64,000 nt of DNA from Candidatus Binatia bacterium (GCA_963664395.2 OY761159.2:2816001-2880000); one strand, 5' to 3'. Positions 8,731 through 18,749 are shown, counted from the stretch's first letter. Translations and numbers: made by a program. Notes: a model not told the origin generated them from the letters alone.

Positions 8731-10002
8731 ATGAAAGTGCTTGTGATTGGCAGTGGCGGACGGGAACACGCCCTGGTGTGGAAGATCCGTCAGAGCCCGC
8801 GCGTCTCGCAAATCTACTGCGCTCCCGGGAATGCCGGGATTGCTGACCATGCCGAACTGGTTGGACTTGCCGCGGACGATATTGATGGTCTGTGTGCCTT
8901 TGCTGAAAAAGAACACATTGGGCTGACTGTTGTCGGTCCTGAGTTGCCCTTAAGTCTCGGGATCGTCGATCTGTTTGAGTCGCAGGGCCTGCGCGTGTTC
9001 GGCCCGAATCGGGCGGCCGCCCAGCTCGAAGGCAGTAAAGCCTTTAGCAAAGAACTCATGCGGCAGCAGGGCGTTCCAACGGCCGCCTATGGTATTTTTA
9101 ACGACCCGGACGAAGCCAGCCGTTATCTCGAAAAAGTCGAGGCGCCGATTGTGGTCAAAGCCGACGGACTGGCCGCGGGAAAAGGCGTCCTGGTGTGTGC
9201 AACCCAGGCCGAAGCCCAAGGCGCACTCACAGCAATAATGCGCGAGCGGCAGTTTGGCGTAGCGGGCGACCGAGTGGTGATTGAAGAGTTCCTGCACGGC
9301 GAAGAGGCCTCGTTTCTCGCCTTGACAGATGGAACCCATATCCTGCCCCTGGCCTCTTCTCAGGATCACAAGCAAGTCTTTGACGAAGACCGGGGGCCGA
9401 ATACCGGTGGGATGGGAGCCTACTCGCCGGCGCCGGTCGTTACGCCGGCGTTGACTGCTCAGATTGTTCAAGACGTGCTCACGCCGGTCGTCCGGGGGCT
9501 CAAACAACGCAATATTGTGTATAAAGGCGTCCTCTACGCCGGCCTGATGATCCGTGACGGCCAGGCGAAAGTCCTCGAATTCAACGTTCGCTTTGGCGAC
9601 CCGGAATGTCAGCCGCTCATGCTCCGCCTCAAGTCAGATATCATAGAGGTCATGGAGGCCGTGATTGATGAACGCCTCGACCGGGTGACCCTCGACTGGG
9701 ATGACCGCTCCGCGGTGTGTGTCGTGCTCACGGCCGAAGGCTATCCCGGCAGCTATGAGAAGGGGCGAGAGATTGCCGGGGTAGAGCAGTTCGCGGCCTG
9801 GCAGGACGGGGCGGTTTTTCATGCCGGCACAAAACGACAGGCGAACACACTTGTCACAAATGGTGGCCGCGTGCTGGGCGTGACTGCGACCGGTACGGAT
9901 ATTAGTCAGGCAATTGCCGCGACGTATCAGGCGGTGCAACGCATCTCGTGGCCGGGCATGCACTATCGTCGGGATATTGGCCAGCGAGCAGTGGGACGCT
10001 AA
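8731..10002 (+). CDS. purD: Phosphoribosylamine-glycine ligase
   Basis: GSGGREHAL, KADGLAAGKGV, GPNTGGMGAYSP, EFNVRFGDPE. Confidence 0.98.
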   Translation: MKVLVIGSGGREHALVWKIRQSPRVSQIYCAPGNAGIADHAELVGLAADDIDGLCAFAEKEHIGLTVVGPELPLSLGIVDLFESQGLRVFGPNRAAAQLEGSKAFSKELMRQQGVPTAAYGIFNDPDEASRYLEKVEAPIVVKADGLAAGKGVLVCATQAEAQGALTAIMRERQFGVAGDRVVIEEFLHGEEASFLALTDGTHILPLASSQDHKQVFDEDRGPNTGGMGAYSPAPVVTPALTAQIVQDVLTPVVRGLKQRNIVYKGVLYAGLMIRDGQAKVLEFNVRFGDPECQPLMLRLKSDIIEVMEAVIDERLDRVTLDWDDRSAVCVVLTAEGYPGSYEKGREIAGVEQFAAWQDGAVFHAGTKRQANTLVTNGGRVLGVTATGTDISQAIAATYQAVQRISWPGMHYRRDIGQRAVGR

Positions 10003-10051
10003 TCCAGCTACTCATTCTTTTACAGCCGCCTATTCATGTAGAGGACAATAC

Positions 10052-11329
10052 ATGGTACAGATTCGTCCCTTTCGCGCGCTGCGTTATAATCCGGACGTTG
10101 TTGGAGATTTGAAAAAAGTCGTCTCCCCGCCGTATGACGTGATCAGTCCGGAACAACAAACGCTTTTACATCTTCAGAGTCCCTATAATGCAATCCATCT
10201 CGATTTCAATAAGGCAGAAGACCCCTATACGGTAGCGGCCCAGACTTTTCAGACCTGGCGGTCTCAGCGGGTTGTGCAGCCAGACCCGGAGCCGGGCTTC
10301 TACTGCTATACACAGGATTTTACGCTCACGGACGGCCAGCCACGTCGCCGCACCGGTATTTTTGCCGCGCTGCGGGTTGAAAATTTCGAGTCCGGGGTCA
10401 TCCGCCCGCACGAGCGCACATTTGAGCACGCCAAAAAAGATCGCCTCGCCCTCCTGCGGGCCTGCCAAGCGCATCTGAGTTCGATATTCTGTTTATACGC
10501 CGGTTCAGGCTGGTCTCTCGAACACACGCTCCGAGATGCACTCGCCCAGCCGGCTTCGGTTGAGATAGCGGACGCCGCGGGTGTCACCCATCGGCTGTGG
10601 CCCATTGCAGACCCGGTGGCCATTGCAGACATTACGGCCCAACTGTCAGACGCGTCGCTGATTATCGCTGACGGCCATCACCGCTATGAAACCGCGCTGC
10701 AATACAGCCGCGAGCGGACCGCAGAAACCGGCGCAGGCGAAGACAAGCCTTTTCATTACGTCTTGGCGTATTTGACGAATGCCGAGGATACAGGCCTCAC
10801 CATCCTCCCAACGCATCGGCTGATCCGGCAGACCCGTCTCCCAAATCCGACCAGTCTGCAAGCTGTCTTAAAGCGCGACTTTCGACTGGCCCGCTATGCT
10901 CCTGCCCAACGCCAGGCATTTCTCAACGCCCTTTCGGCACCCGGCCCGGAGCGGCGCATCGGTTGCGTCATGGCAGGAGCCGAGCATTACTGGCTATTAT
11001 CCTTTGATGACCGCGTGACGCATGGCCTGCCGGCATCGGCAGCACTGCGCGCCCTTGATGTCACGGTGTTACACGACGTTCTCTTCGAGCGTTTTCTCGG
11101 CTTGCCGCCGGCCGTCCAAAAGCAGGCCGTCTCGTATACGAGCGACACTGACGAGGCGCTGCAACGCGTTGCCGCAGGAGAGTCTCAGGCCGCCTTTCTC
11201 CTCCGGTCAACAACGTTTGAGCAGATTAAACAGGTGTGTGACGGAGACGAGACCATGCCGCAGAAGTCAACCTACTTCTACCCAAAGTTGTTGACCGGTC
11301 TCGTATTCTATCATCTGGGACAGGGCTAG
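10052..11329 (+). CDS. DUF1015 family protein
   Basis: IRPFRALRY, PPYDVI, PHERT, IADGHHRYETA, MPQKSTYFYPK; start reassigned to the ATG after GAGGA. Confidence 0.9.
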   Translation: MVQIRPFRALRYNPDVVGDLKKVVSPPYDVISPEQQTLLHLQSPYNAIHLDFNKAEDPYTVAAQTFQTWRSQRVVQPDPEPGFYCYTQDFTLTDGQPRRRTGIFAALRVENFESGVIRPHERTFEHAKKDRLALLRACQAHLSSIFCLYAGSGWSLEHTLRDALAQPASVEIADAAGVTHRLWPIADPVAIADITAQLSDASLIIADGHHRYETALQYSRERTAETGAGEDKPFHYVLAYLTNAEDTGLTILPTHRLIRQTRLPNPTSLQAVLKRDFRLARYAPAQRQAFLNALSAPGPERRIGCVMAGAEHYWLLSFDDRVTHGLPASAALRALDVTVLHDVLFERFLGLPPAVQKQAVSYTSDTDEALQRVAAGESQAAFLLRSTTFEQIKQVCDGDETMPQKSTYFYPKLLTGLVFYHLGQG

Positions 11330-11345
11330 TTGCAGGAAGAGTCGC

Positions 11346-11978
11346 TTAGAATCGTCCGCCGCCTCCTCCTCCGCCGCCGCCGCCAAACCGACGTCGTTCC
11401 GGCGGACGCGCGGCGTTGATCTTCAAGATCCGCCCAAGGATTTCTTGGCCGTTGAATTTTTCAATGACCGCGTCAGCCTCTTCTTTCGAGCCCATTTCAA
11501 CAAACGCGAAGCCCTTCGATTGCCCGGAGAATCGGTCAGACACAACGCTCACCGAACTGACCGTACCGACCTCGGCGAAAGCTTTTTCCAAGTCGGTGTT
11601 TCCGGCAGAGTAGGGCAGGTTGCCGACAAAGAGCCTCGTGCCGGATGAAGACCGGGGTTGGGAGGGCGGGCGGCCCGCAGGTGTGAAAGGTCTCCCACGG
11701 CCGCTATCACGAGCCGGCATGGAACCACCGCGACCGGGTTTTACCTCATTGACAGTTAAGGCTTGTCCGTCGACTTCTTTGCCATTCAGACCTGTGATTG
11801 CAGCCTGAGCTGCTGCTTCCGTCTCCATTTCGATAAAGCCGAACCCCCGAGACAAGCCGGTGGCGGGGTCGGTTATGAGTTCGGCAGACTGAAGGCTACC
11901 AAATGGAGTGAATAAGTCTTCGATCTCAGGGAAGCAGAGCAAAGGGGATAAATTACCAATGTACAGTTTAACGGCCAA
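11346..11978 (-). CDS. RNA-binding protein with two RRM domains and Gly-rich tail
   Basis: KLYIGNL/SRGFGFIEM and RLFVGNL/SKGFAFVEM; TTG start. Confidence 0.9.
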   Translation of the reverse strand: MAVKLYIGNLSPLLCFPEIEDLFTPFGSLQSAELITDPATGLSRGFGFIEMETEAAAQAAITGLNGKEVDGQALTVNEVKPGRGGSMPARDSGRGRPFTPAGRPPSQPRSSSGTRLFVGNLPYSAGNTDLEKAFAEVGTVSSVSVVSDRFSGQSKGFAFVEMGSKEEADAVIEKFNGQEILGRILKINAARPPERRRFGGGGGGGGGGRF

Positions 11979-12254
11979 AAATGGATCTCCTCTCTTCTCG
12001 TTCCGTCTCGCTTCTCTCTATACGTCCTGTCGCGCCTGAGGCATACACAAAGGCCCCGCAAACCCAGGGGTGGGCTCTCGCCCTCGAACAATGCTCGGAC
12101 CAGTTTTCCTGTTATAACATTACGTAGGCGAAAAGGAAGGTAGCAAATTCTCGTTTTGATTACAATGAAAAAGAAAAAAGAGGAATTTATTGTCCCCCTA
12201 CCCATGAGATGATAGCATCCTTATTCTCGGCATAACAATACGCTTTGGCATAAC

Positions 12255-13178
12255 ATGGACACACAAGATCCGACCCATAGCCCCGCACTCTCGGCGGTTA
12301 TCCTGAGCGGTGGAAAAAGCGCGCGCATGGGGAGGACGAAGGCCCTTCTCCCATTTGGCGAAAGGCCCCTTATCGCTCACCTGATCCAGCGTCTGTCCCA
12401 ACGCTTTTCCGATATCGTTGTAGTCGCCGCGCCGGACCAGACACTTCCGTCCTTACCGGTCACTCTCGTTCATGATGAAGTGGCCCATCAGGGGCCGGTC
12501 GGAGGCATGTACTACGGCCTGCGAGCGATACGCGGCACGGCAGCCTTCGTCACGTCGTGCGATACCCCCTTTCTCCAGCTTCCTTTCATCGACTATCTCA
12601 TCTCGCAGCTTGACCACAACAGCCATGTCTATGATGTGGTCGTCCCCTTTTGGCAAAACCGGCTTCAGCCGCTTCACGCCGTGTATCGCCGGCGCGTCGT
12701 CCCCTATTTACAAGAACAACTCGCTGCCCAACGCCTCCGCCCGGTCTATTTGTATGACGCGGTGCCAACCCGAAAAGTGGTCCCGGAGGAGATCAAACGC
12801 TTTGACCCCGAGGGGCTCAGTTTCCTCAATATGAATACGGAGGCTGACTACCAAGCGGCGCTGGTTCGTTGGCGTCATCTCTATACCCGAATCTCCTGCA
12901 CAGTTGAGTTATTCGGTGTAGCGCGCCTCAGAGCAAACAGCCCACACGTCTCGCTGACGCTCTCGGCTGGGGCAACGCTCGAGGATGCGCTGACTGTATT
13001 AGGGGCGGAATGTCCTGCGCTCTTGGGTTCGGTGCTGTCTGCGGATGACACGGGACACGCCCGCTTACAGAGCGGATATGCGTGTAATATAAATGGGAAA
13101 GATTTCGTTCGAGACGCGCACACCCGTATCCAGGAAGGGGACAATCTGCTGCTCTTGTCGAGCGATGCAGGCGGATAA
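12255..13178 (+). CDS. mobA: Molybdenum cofactor guanylyltransferase fused to a MoaD/ThiS ubiquitin-like domain
   Basis: ILSGGKSARMG..KALL, GPVGG, CDTPF, QPLHAVY, FLNMNT; C-terminal VELFG...SDAGG. Confidence 0.88.
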   Translation: MDTQDPTHSPALSAVILSGGKSARMGRTKALLPFGERPLIAHLIQRLSQRFSDIVVVAAPDQTLPSLPVTLVHDEVAHQGPVGGMYYGLRAIRGTAAFVTSCDTPFLQLPFIDYLISQLDHNSHVYDVVVPFWQNRLQPLHAVYRRRVVPYLQEQLAAQRLRPVYLYDAVPTRKVVPEEIKRFDPEGLSFLNMNTEADYQAALVRWRHLYTRISCTVELFGVARLRANSPHVSLTLSAGATLEDALTVLGAECPALLGSVLSADDTGHARLQSGYACNINGKDFVRDAHTRIQEGDNLLLLSSDAGG

Positions 13179-13181
13179 ACC

Positions 13182-14984
13182 ATGTACGGGTTCCACGGCC
13201 GTCTGCTCCATATAGACCTCACGACGCAGTCATATACCTGGCAGGATATCGCCGCGTCTCGTCTCACGGCAGTGCTGGGCGGTGTCGGCCTTGGCGCGGC
13301 TTTGCTGTACGACTTCGCACCACCTCAAGTGGAGCCGCTCTCCGCCGAGAATCCGCTCATTTTCACCAGCGCGCCGCTTGTCGGAACAGGCCTCACCACA
13401 ACCGCCAAGTATGCAGTTGTCACCAAGTCTCCCCTCACTGGCTTTATTGCGGATTCACTTTCTTCCAGTTTTTTTGCCTTGGAGCTCAAGCGGACCGGAG
13501 TTGATGCGCTCGTGATTACCGGCGCGGCCGAGCAGCCCACGTATCTCCAGATAACGGACCGCGGAGTTCAATTTAGAGATGCGGCTCATCTCTGGGGAAC
13601 GAGTGCAGCTGAAACGGAAGCCACCGTTCAGAGAGAACTCCACGCTGAAGAGGATACACAAGTCCGTGTGGCTGCCATTGGTCGAGCAGGGGAGAACCTC
13701 GTTCGTTTTGCAACCCTCAGCAACGAAGGTCGGCATGCCGGACGGGGTGGCATCGGGGCGGTTTTCGGCGCCAAGAAGCTCAAGGCCGTTGCCCTGCGTG
13801 GTCATCACCGCATTGCCGTGGCTGATAAAAATGAAGTGGAAAAGATCGCGGCCTCATTACGCGAGCGGAGTGTTGGGCCACACACGGCGAAGTACCGCGA
13901 AATTGGGACGGTCGCAAATCTGGCCGTCTTTAATCGCTTGGGCAGTCTCCCTACCCATAACTTTCAATACGCAACATTCTCGCAGGCAGAATCACTGAGT
14001 GGAGAAGCGCTCATCACAAACAGTTTCAGCCGCAGGCATGGCTGTGCCTCGTGCACGATCCGCTGTGAGCGCCTGTTTCGGTCCCTCGACGGAGAAGAAC
14101 AACGGCTTGAATATGAAACCCTCTTCGCATTCGGCCCGCTCTGCGGCATCGGCAAGCCGGACGATGTGCTGCGTGCCGCCCGGCTGTGCGATCAGTACGG
14201 CCTGGATACCATCAGTACCGGCGGCACCATTGCCTGGGCGTTGGAATGCGCGGAAAAAGGTCTCTTACCTGAAGGACACGCAGCGGGCCTGTCCTTTGGC
14301 AATGCCGAGGCAATTCTCGCCCTTATTCCAGACATTGCGCACAAAAAGGGACTGGGAGCGCTCTTGGCCGAGGGCTCGCGTCGGGCCGCGGCAGCCCTCG
14401 GTACTGAAGCAGAGGCGGTCGCCATACACGTCAAAGGCATGGAGCTACCAGGCTACGAGCCACGCAGCCTCAAGACCATGGCGCTCGGTTTGGCGGTCAG
14501 CCCACGTGGAGCCTGCCACAACCGCTCAGGGGCCTATGAGGCGGATTTCTCAGGACAAGTAGATCGTCTGCAAGCCGATGCGGGTCGTGGAGCGCTCGTG
14601 GCGGCGTCCGAAGATTTTTCTGCCGTATTGGACTCACTGATTGTGTGTAAATTTTTGCGCAAGTGTTTTGATGATTTCTACGCCGAAGCAGCTCACCTTG
14701 TGAGCGCAGTGACGGGTTGGGATTGTACCGGCGCAGACCTCAGGCAGGTTGGCGAACGTGTCAATACAATCAAGAAACTTTTTAATGTGCGTGCGGGGTG
14801 GCAATCCGAGGACGACTGGCTGCCTCCCCGCCTCTTAACGGAGCCGCTGTCTGGCGGCATTGCTCAGGGTGTGAGCCTGACAGCTGATGAGCTACGCCTG
14901 ATGATTCAAAGCTATTATGCAGCCCGAGACTGGAACGAGCAGGGGTTTGTCGGGGAGGAGAAAAAGCGAGCGTTAGGTCTCTGA
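13182..14984 (+). CDS. aor: Aldehyde:ferredoxin oxidoreductase family (W/Mo-pterin)
   Basis: KSPLTG, AIGRAGENLV, GRGGIGAVFGAKKLKA, CASCTIRC, EYET, GLDTIS, RGACH. Confidence 0.93.
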   Translation: MYGFHGRLLHIDLTTQSYTWQDIAASRLTAVLGGVGLGAALLYDFAPPQVEPLSAENPLIFTSAPLVGTGLTTTAKYAVVTKSPLTGFIADSLSSSFFALELKRTGVDALVITGAAEQPTYLQITDRGVQFRDAAHLWGTSAAETEATVQRELHAEEDTQVRVAAIGRAGENLVRFATLSNEGRHAGRGGIGAVFGAKKLKAVALRGHHRIAVADKNEVEKIAASLRERSVGPHTAKYREIGTVANLAVFNRLGSLPTHNFQYATFSQAESLSGEALITNSFSRRHGCASCTIRCERLFRSLDGEEQRLEYETLFAFGPLCGIGKPDDVLRAARLCDQYGLDTISTGGTIAWALECAEKGLLPEGHAAGLSFGNAEAILALIPDIAHKKGLGALLAEGSRRAAAALGTEAEAVAIHVKGMELPGYEPRSLKTMALGLAVSPRGACHNRSGAYEADFSGQVDRLQADAGRGALVAASEDFSAVLDSLIVCKFLRKCFDDFYAEAAHLVSAVTGWDCTGADLRQVGERVNTIKKLFNVRAGWQSEDDWLPPRLLTEPLSGGIAQGVSLTADELRLMIQSYYAARDWNEQGFVGEEKKRALGL

Positions 14985-15029
14985 GATAATGCCAAAAACA
15001 GAAAAACTGAAGGTAGTGAGTTCTTTATT

Positions 15030-15401
15030 ATGTACGAATCAAAAAATGTCTTAGGCGAAACGCTTCAGGTGTGTAACTCGCGCCCGTTAACCGGTTTTTA
15101 TCGGGATGGTTGTTGCAACACCGGCAAAGAAGACGTCGGGCTGCACACCGTGTGTACACAAGTCACCAAAGAGTTTTTGGAATTCTCCAAGGCCAAAGGC
15201 AATGATCTGAGTACGCCCCGCCCGGAGCTCGGCTTTTACGGACTCCAGCCCGGAGATTGTTGGTGTCTGTGTGCGCTACGCTGGAAAGAAGCCTATGAAG
15301 CGGGAGCCGCGCCAGTGATTCTACTAGCGTCCACCCACGCGACGACTCTCGAATATATTCCCTTGCAACTGCTGAAGGAGCACGCCCGGGACCTGCATTA
15401 G
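15030..15401 (+). CDS. DUF2237 family protein
   Basis: NVLGETL..C...PLTGFYRDGCC, GNDLSTP, GDCWCLCA.RWKEA. Confidence 0.93.
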   Translation: MYESKNVLGETLQVCNSRPLTGFYRDGCCNTGKEDVGLHTVCTQVTKEFLEFSKAKGNDLSTPRPELGFYGLQPGDCWCLCALRWKEAYEAGAAPVILLASTHATTLEYIPLQLLKEHARDLH

Positions 15402-15580
15402 AGCGAGTCTCCCGACGGGCGAGTGCTCGGTGGTAGCCCTGCCCGCTATCCCCTCCAGGGAGGGAATTATATACCACGTTACCCAGCCCCCGGAAGATTC
15501 GGATCACCCTCCATAGCCCAGCGTTATTTCTTGTCAAAAAGCCGCAAGAACTTCAGACGCTTACCAGACTAAGGGGGGAT

Positions 15581-15790
15581 ATGATGAGAGAAATACGACA
15601 AGTCCCGGACACTTCAAAGCAGGAACAAGAACCGGGGCATCTTCATCTTAGGATTCCGCCAGAGAGCGACCCGTACATGACACGCTCAGAGGTTGACGGT
15701 CTCATTACAGATCGGCTGATGCAGTTCCACAAGGGCCTTGTGGAACGAGGGCAAATTCCGCCTATTCGTCCAAAAACAAAGGATGATTAA
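15581..15790 (+). CDS. Small hypothetical protein (IS passenger)
   Basis: 69-aa ORF with AAGGGGGG RBS; no recognisable family. Confidence 0.45.
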   Translation: MMREIRQVPDTSKQEQEPGHLHLRIPPESDPYMTRSEVDGLITDRLMQFHKGLVERGQIPPIRPKTKDD

Positions 15791-15892
15791 ACCAGACCAG
15801 ATAACCGACTACGGGTCCTGCCCATTACAGCCGAGGGGGGATTCACACTCGGGGTTTCCCTCGATGATGTCATTCTCCTCCCGTAGGCGTTT

Positions 15893-16057
15893 CACTACGG
15901 CACCTATCACAAGATGAGCATTAAGCATTTGAGCCGGTATGTGAACGAATTTGCGGGGCGGTACAACGTCCGGCCCTTGGACACGATCACACAAATGGCT
16001 ATGGTGGCGCGGGGCTTGGTAGGGAAGCGGCTGCGGTATCAGGATTTGATTGGGTAG
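15893..16057 (+). pseudogene. IS1595/ISXO2-like transposase C-terminal remnant
   Basis: HYGTYHKMSIKHLSRYVNEFAGRYN...GKRLRYQDLIG*; DDE core absent. Confidence 0.9.
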
Positions 16058-16066
16058 CGAGGCGTT

Positions 16067-17560
16067 ATGGCAGAGCCGAACTGGAAAAATCAAACCATTT
16101 GGACGAGGGATTGTCTCGATATTATGCGGGGGATGAATGCCGAATCGGTAGACCTCCTTTACCTTGATCCCCCGTTTAATTCCAATGCGAATTATGCGGC
16201 TCCGATAGGGAGCAAAGCGGCAGGTGCGGCGTTTCGGGATACGTGGGGCTTAGACGATATTAACCTGGCCTGGCATGGCGAGATTAAGCACAATTCTCCA
16301 GGACTCTATGCGCTGTTGACGGCAACCCGTGAGATACATGGCGACTCCATGATGAGCTACCTGATTTATATGGCGATTCGGATCATGGAGATGAGAAGAT
16401 TGTTGAAGCCCACAGGTTCGATCTACTTACACTGCGATCCGACCGCGAGCCACTACCTAAAACTGTTGATGGATGCCGTGTTCGGAGCAGACAGGTTCCG
16501 GTCGGATATTAGTTGGAAGAGGAGTAGTGCACACAGTGACACCAAGCAGGGGCGGAAACAACACGGCAGAATTCATGACACCCTTTTGCATTACACTCGT
16601 GGAAAATCATGGACGTGGAACCCCGTATATACAGAATATGGCCGGGATTATGTTGAAGAATTCTACAAACACAGGGACCAAGAGACGGGGAGACGCTACC
16701 GTAAGGATAACTTGACTGCGGCCAAACCAGGAGGCGACACGAGCTATCACTGGCGCGTGAAACGGCCCGTTGGTGGCGAGTGGCAAGCCGATCTCGACGG
16801 GGAATGGAAAAATCCGCTTGCGGGATGGGAATACCGGGGGGCTCCACCCTACAAGAATCGCTATTGGGCGTATTCCAAGCAAAATATGCGTGACTTTGCA
16901 TACCAAGGACGGCTTGTCTATGCGCGGACAGGGATGCCGAACTATAAGCGTTTTCTGGATGAAATGCCGGGAGTCCCATTACAGGACTTTTGGGCGGACA
17001 TTAGACCGATTGGATCGAAAGCCCGAGAGCGGACAGACTACCCAACCCAAAAACCTAAAGTTCTCCTAGAGCGGATTATTCAATCAAGTTCCAACACAGG
17101 GGATATGATTCTCGACCCGTTCTGTGGATGTGCCACGGCATGTGTGGCCGCCCAAAGTTTAGGCCGACAATGGGTTGGGATTGATATTTCTTCAAAGGCG
17201 GCTGACCTCGTGCAGTCTCGCATGCGGGAAGAATTAGGATTGTTTTTTCAAGGCTCGCACCGCAAGGATGTTCCAACCCGCACGGACCTTGGCAAAGTCA
17301 TTCGATACAATGACCCGCGCAACAAGAAGTATTTGTATGGCGAGCAAGGGGGTTACTGTAATGGGTGCGAGGAGCATTTTCAGATACAGCATTTCCACGT
17401 CGATCATATTATTGCCAAGTCTCTGGGCGGGACAGACCATATCAGCAACTTGCAACTGCTGTGTGGGAGTTGCAACACGATTAAGGGAACGAAATCACAG
17501 GAAGCCTTGATTGTCGCCTTGACGGACAAGGGCTATCTCAAGCGGAAGATGGCGGCATAA
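16067..17560 (+). CDS. N6A/N4C DNA methyltransferase (beta class) fused to C-terminal HNH nuclease
   Basis: YLDPPF, YPTQKP, LDPFCGCAT; C-terminal CNGC...HVDHII...NLQLLCGSCN. Confidence 0.92.
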   Translation: MAEPNWKNQTIWTRDCLDIMRGMNAESVDLLYLDPPFNSNANYAAPIGSKAAGAAFRDTWGLDDINLAWHGEIKHNSPGLYALLTATREIHGDSMMSYLIYMAIRIMEMRRLLKPTGSIYLHCDPTASHYLKLLMDAVFGADRFRSDISWKRSSAHSDTKQGRKQHGRIHDTLLHYTRGKSWTWNPVYTEYGRDYVEEFYKHRDQETGRRYRKDNLTAAKPGGDTSYHWRVKRPVGGEWQADLDGEWKNPLAGWEYRGAPPYKNRYWAYSKQNMRDFAYQGRLVYARTGMPNYKRFLDEMPGVPLQDFWADIRPIGSKARERTDYPTQKPKVLLERIIQSSSNTGDMILDPFCGCATACVAAQSLGRQWVGIDISSKAADLVQSRMREELGLFFQGSHRKDVPTRTDLGKVIRYNDPRNKKYLYGEQGGYCNGCEEHFQIQHFHVDHIIAKSLGGTDHISNLQLLCGSCNTIKGTKSQEALIVALTDKGYLKRKMAA

Positions 17561-17668
17561 AGAGGGGAAGCATGAAGAAAAAGAAGGCACCTCTTTCAGG
17601 GCTTGAACCGATTGGCCAGACCCCAGCGAGCAGACACCATTTCTAATGAAGGTATAAGGTAAATACGT

Positions 17669-18406
17669 ATGGGGGAAAAAGAAAAGGGACTAAAAGAGTT
17701 GGAAATCTTTAATCATTTCGCCTCCTTATCTGGATTGCGCATTGTACCAGGTACAGCGAAGAAGAGAGAGCCGCCTGAGCCGGACATTGTTTGTGAGGTA
17801 GAGGGTTTTAGGGGAGCAAGAGAAAAAGTCGGGTTCGAGCTTACGGAGTTGAGAAGCGAAGACCTGAGTGAAATAGACGGCAGGCAAGAAAAATATACAA
17901 GGAAGTTTAAGGAGTGGAAGGAGGGGGGAAGGGTAGGGAAAGCTCCACAGTTAGAAATGAGAGAAAAACACACAAAAGCTTTCTGGATGGATGAGCAAAA
18001 TGATGTTGTGAAACGTCTTCTTACGGAGAAATTTAAGAAACCTTATGAAGGGGAGTATCCGAAGGAACTGATTGTTTATGAGATGGGGAACAGTTTTTTA
18101 CCAGTTGATGTGATGCTTCCGACCATTGGGGAGCATCTTGTTGAATGTCGGACCTTTGGAGTGTTTAGGAAAGTGTGGTTTTTTTGCCGTAAAAACAGTC
18201 TCGAAGAAAGGAGTCCTTTTTACGCAGATGTCAGTTCCATTGCACGGGACAAGATACGTAAGCTGGACCAAATTCCACCCGGTAAGAAGCCGTGCTCTTT
18301 TTGTATGACCCCTCTTGATCCTCCTTTGCCAGGTGCTCCAGCCTACTTTTGCAGCTCCTTATGTCTGGACAGGAAGAATCGTGGAGAAGATTGGATGCCT
18401 CACTGA
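17669..18406 (+). CDS. Hypothetical protein, PD-(D/E)XK-like motif and C-terminal Zn finger
   Basis: EPPEPDIVC...GFELTEL; CSFC...FCSSLC; AT-richer than backbone. Confidence 0.6.
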   Translation: MGEKEKGLKELEIFNHFASLSGLRIVPGTAKKREPPEPDIVCEVEGFRGAREKVGFELTELRSEDLSEIDGRQEKYTRKFKEWKEGGRVGKAPQLEMREKHTKAFWMDEQNDVVKRLLTEKFKKPYEGEYPKELIVYEMGNSFLPVDVMLPTIGEHLVECRTFGVFRKVWFFCRKNSLEERSPFYADVSSIARDKIRKLDQIPPGKKPCSFCMTPLDPPLPGAPAYFCSSLCLDRKNRGEDWMPH

Positions 18407-18524
18407 AAATTTGTTGAACTTGCGTCATAACTTACGCACTCTCCCCCATTTTTGCTATATTAAAGTATGAATAGGAAGAACGCCTGCTGCCTGTGGCCTG
18501 CGGGTAACGTGGTATATAATTCCC

Positions 18525-18560
18525 TCTCGGGAGGGGTGCCGCGTAGCGGCGGGGTGGGTT
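18525..18560. repeat. Right half of the REP element interrupted by the IS
   Basis: tctcgggaggggtgccgcgtagcggcggggtggg is close to the reverse complement of the 5888-5934 element. Confidence 0.7.
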
Positions 18561-18691
18561 CCTCTGGTGTAGTATCCGGCGAGAGGGGATAGCCGTAGAA
18601 GCTTTTCCGTTTTGTCTACTCATCTTCTATGACGGCTTGGGCCATTGTATAGAAGAGCCAACACCCCGACCTATTCTGCCCTTAGCGTCGA

Positions 18692-18722
18692 TGTCGGGTT
18701 ACGCTCCGCTAACCCGACCTAC
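18692..18722. repeat. GTAG-type REP hairpin
   Basis: Minus strand GTAG-GTCGGGTTAGCGGAGCGTAACCCGAC-A, an imperfect palindrome headed by GTAG. Confidence 0.7.
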
Positions 18723-18749
18723 TAGATTGCTGCTCAGTAAGTCGTTCGG

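Larger units (their letters stand above)
15462..18524. mobile_element. Non-autonomous IS1595-family (ISNwi1-group-like ends) element with passenger genes
   Basis: Perfect 23-bp TIRs GGGAATTATATACCACGTTACCC (15462-15484 and 18502-18524); transposase remnant inside; flanking 8-mers tccaggga/tctcggga. Confidence 0.88.
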
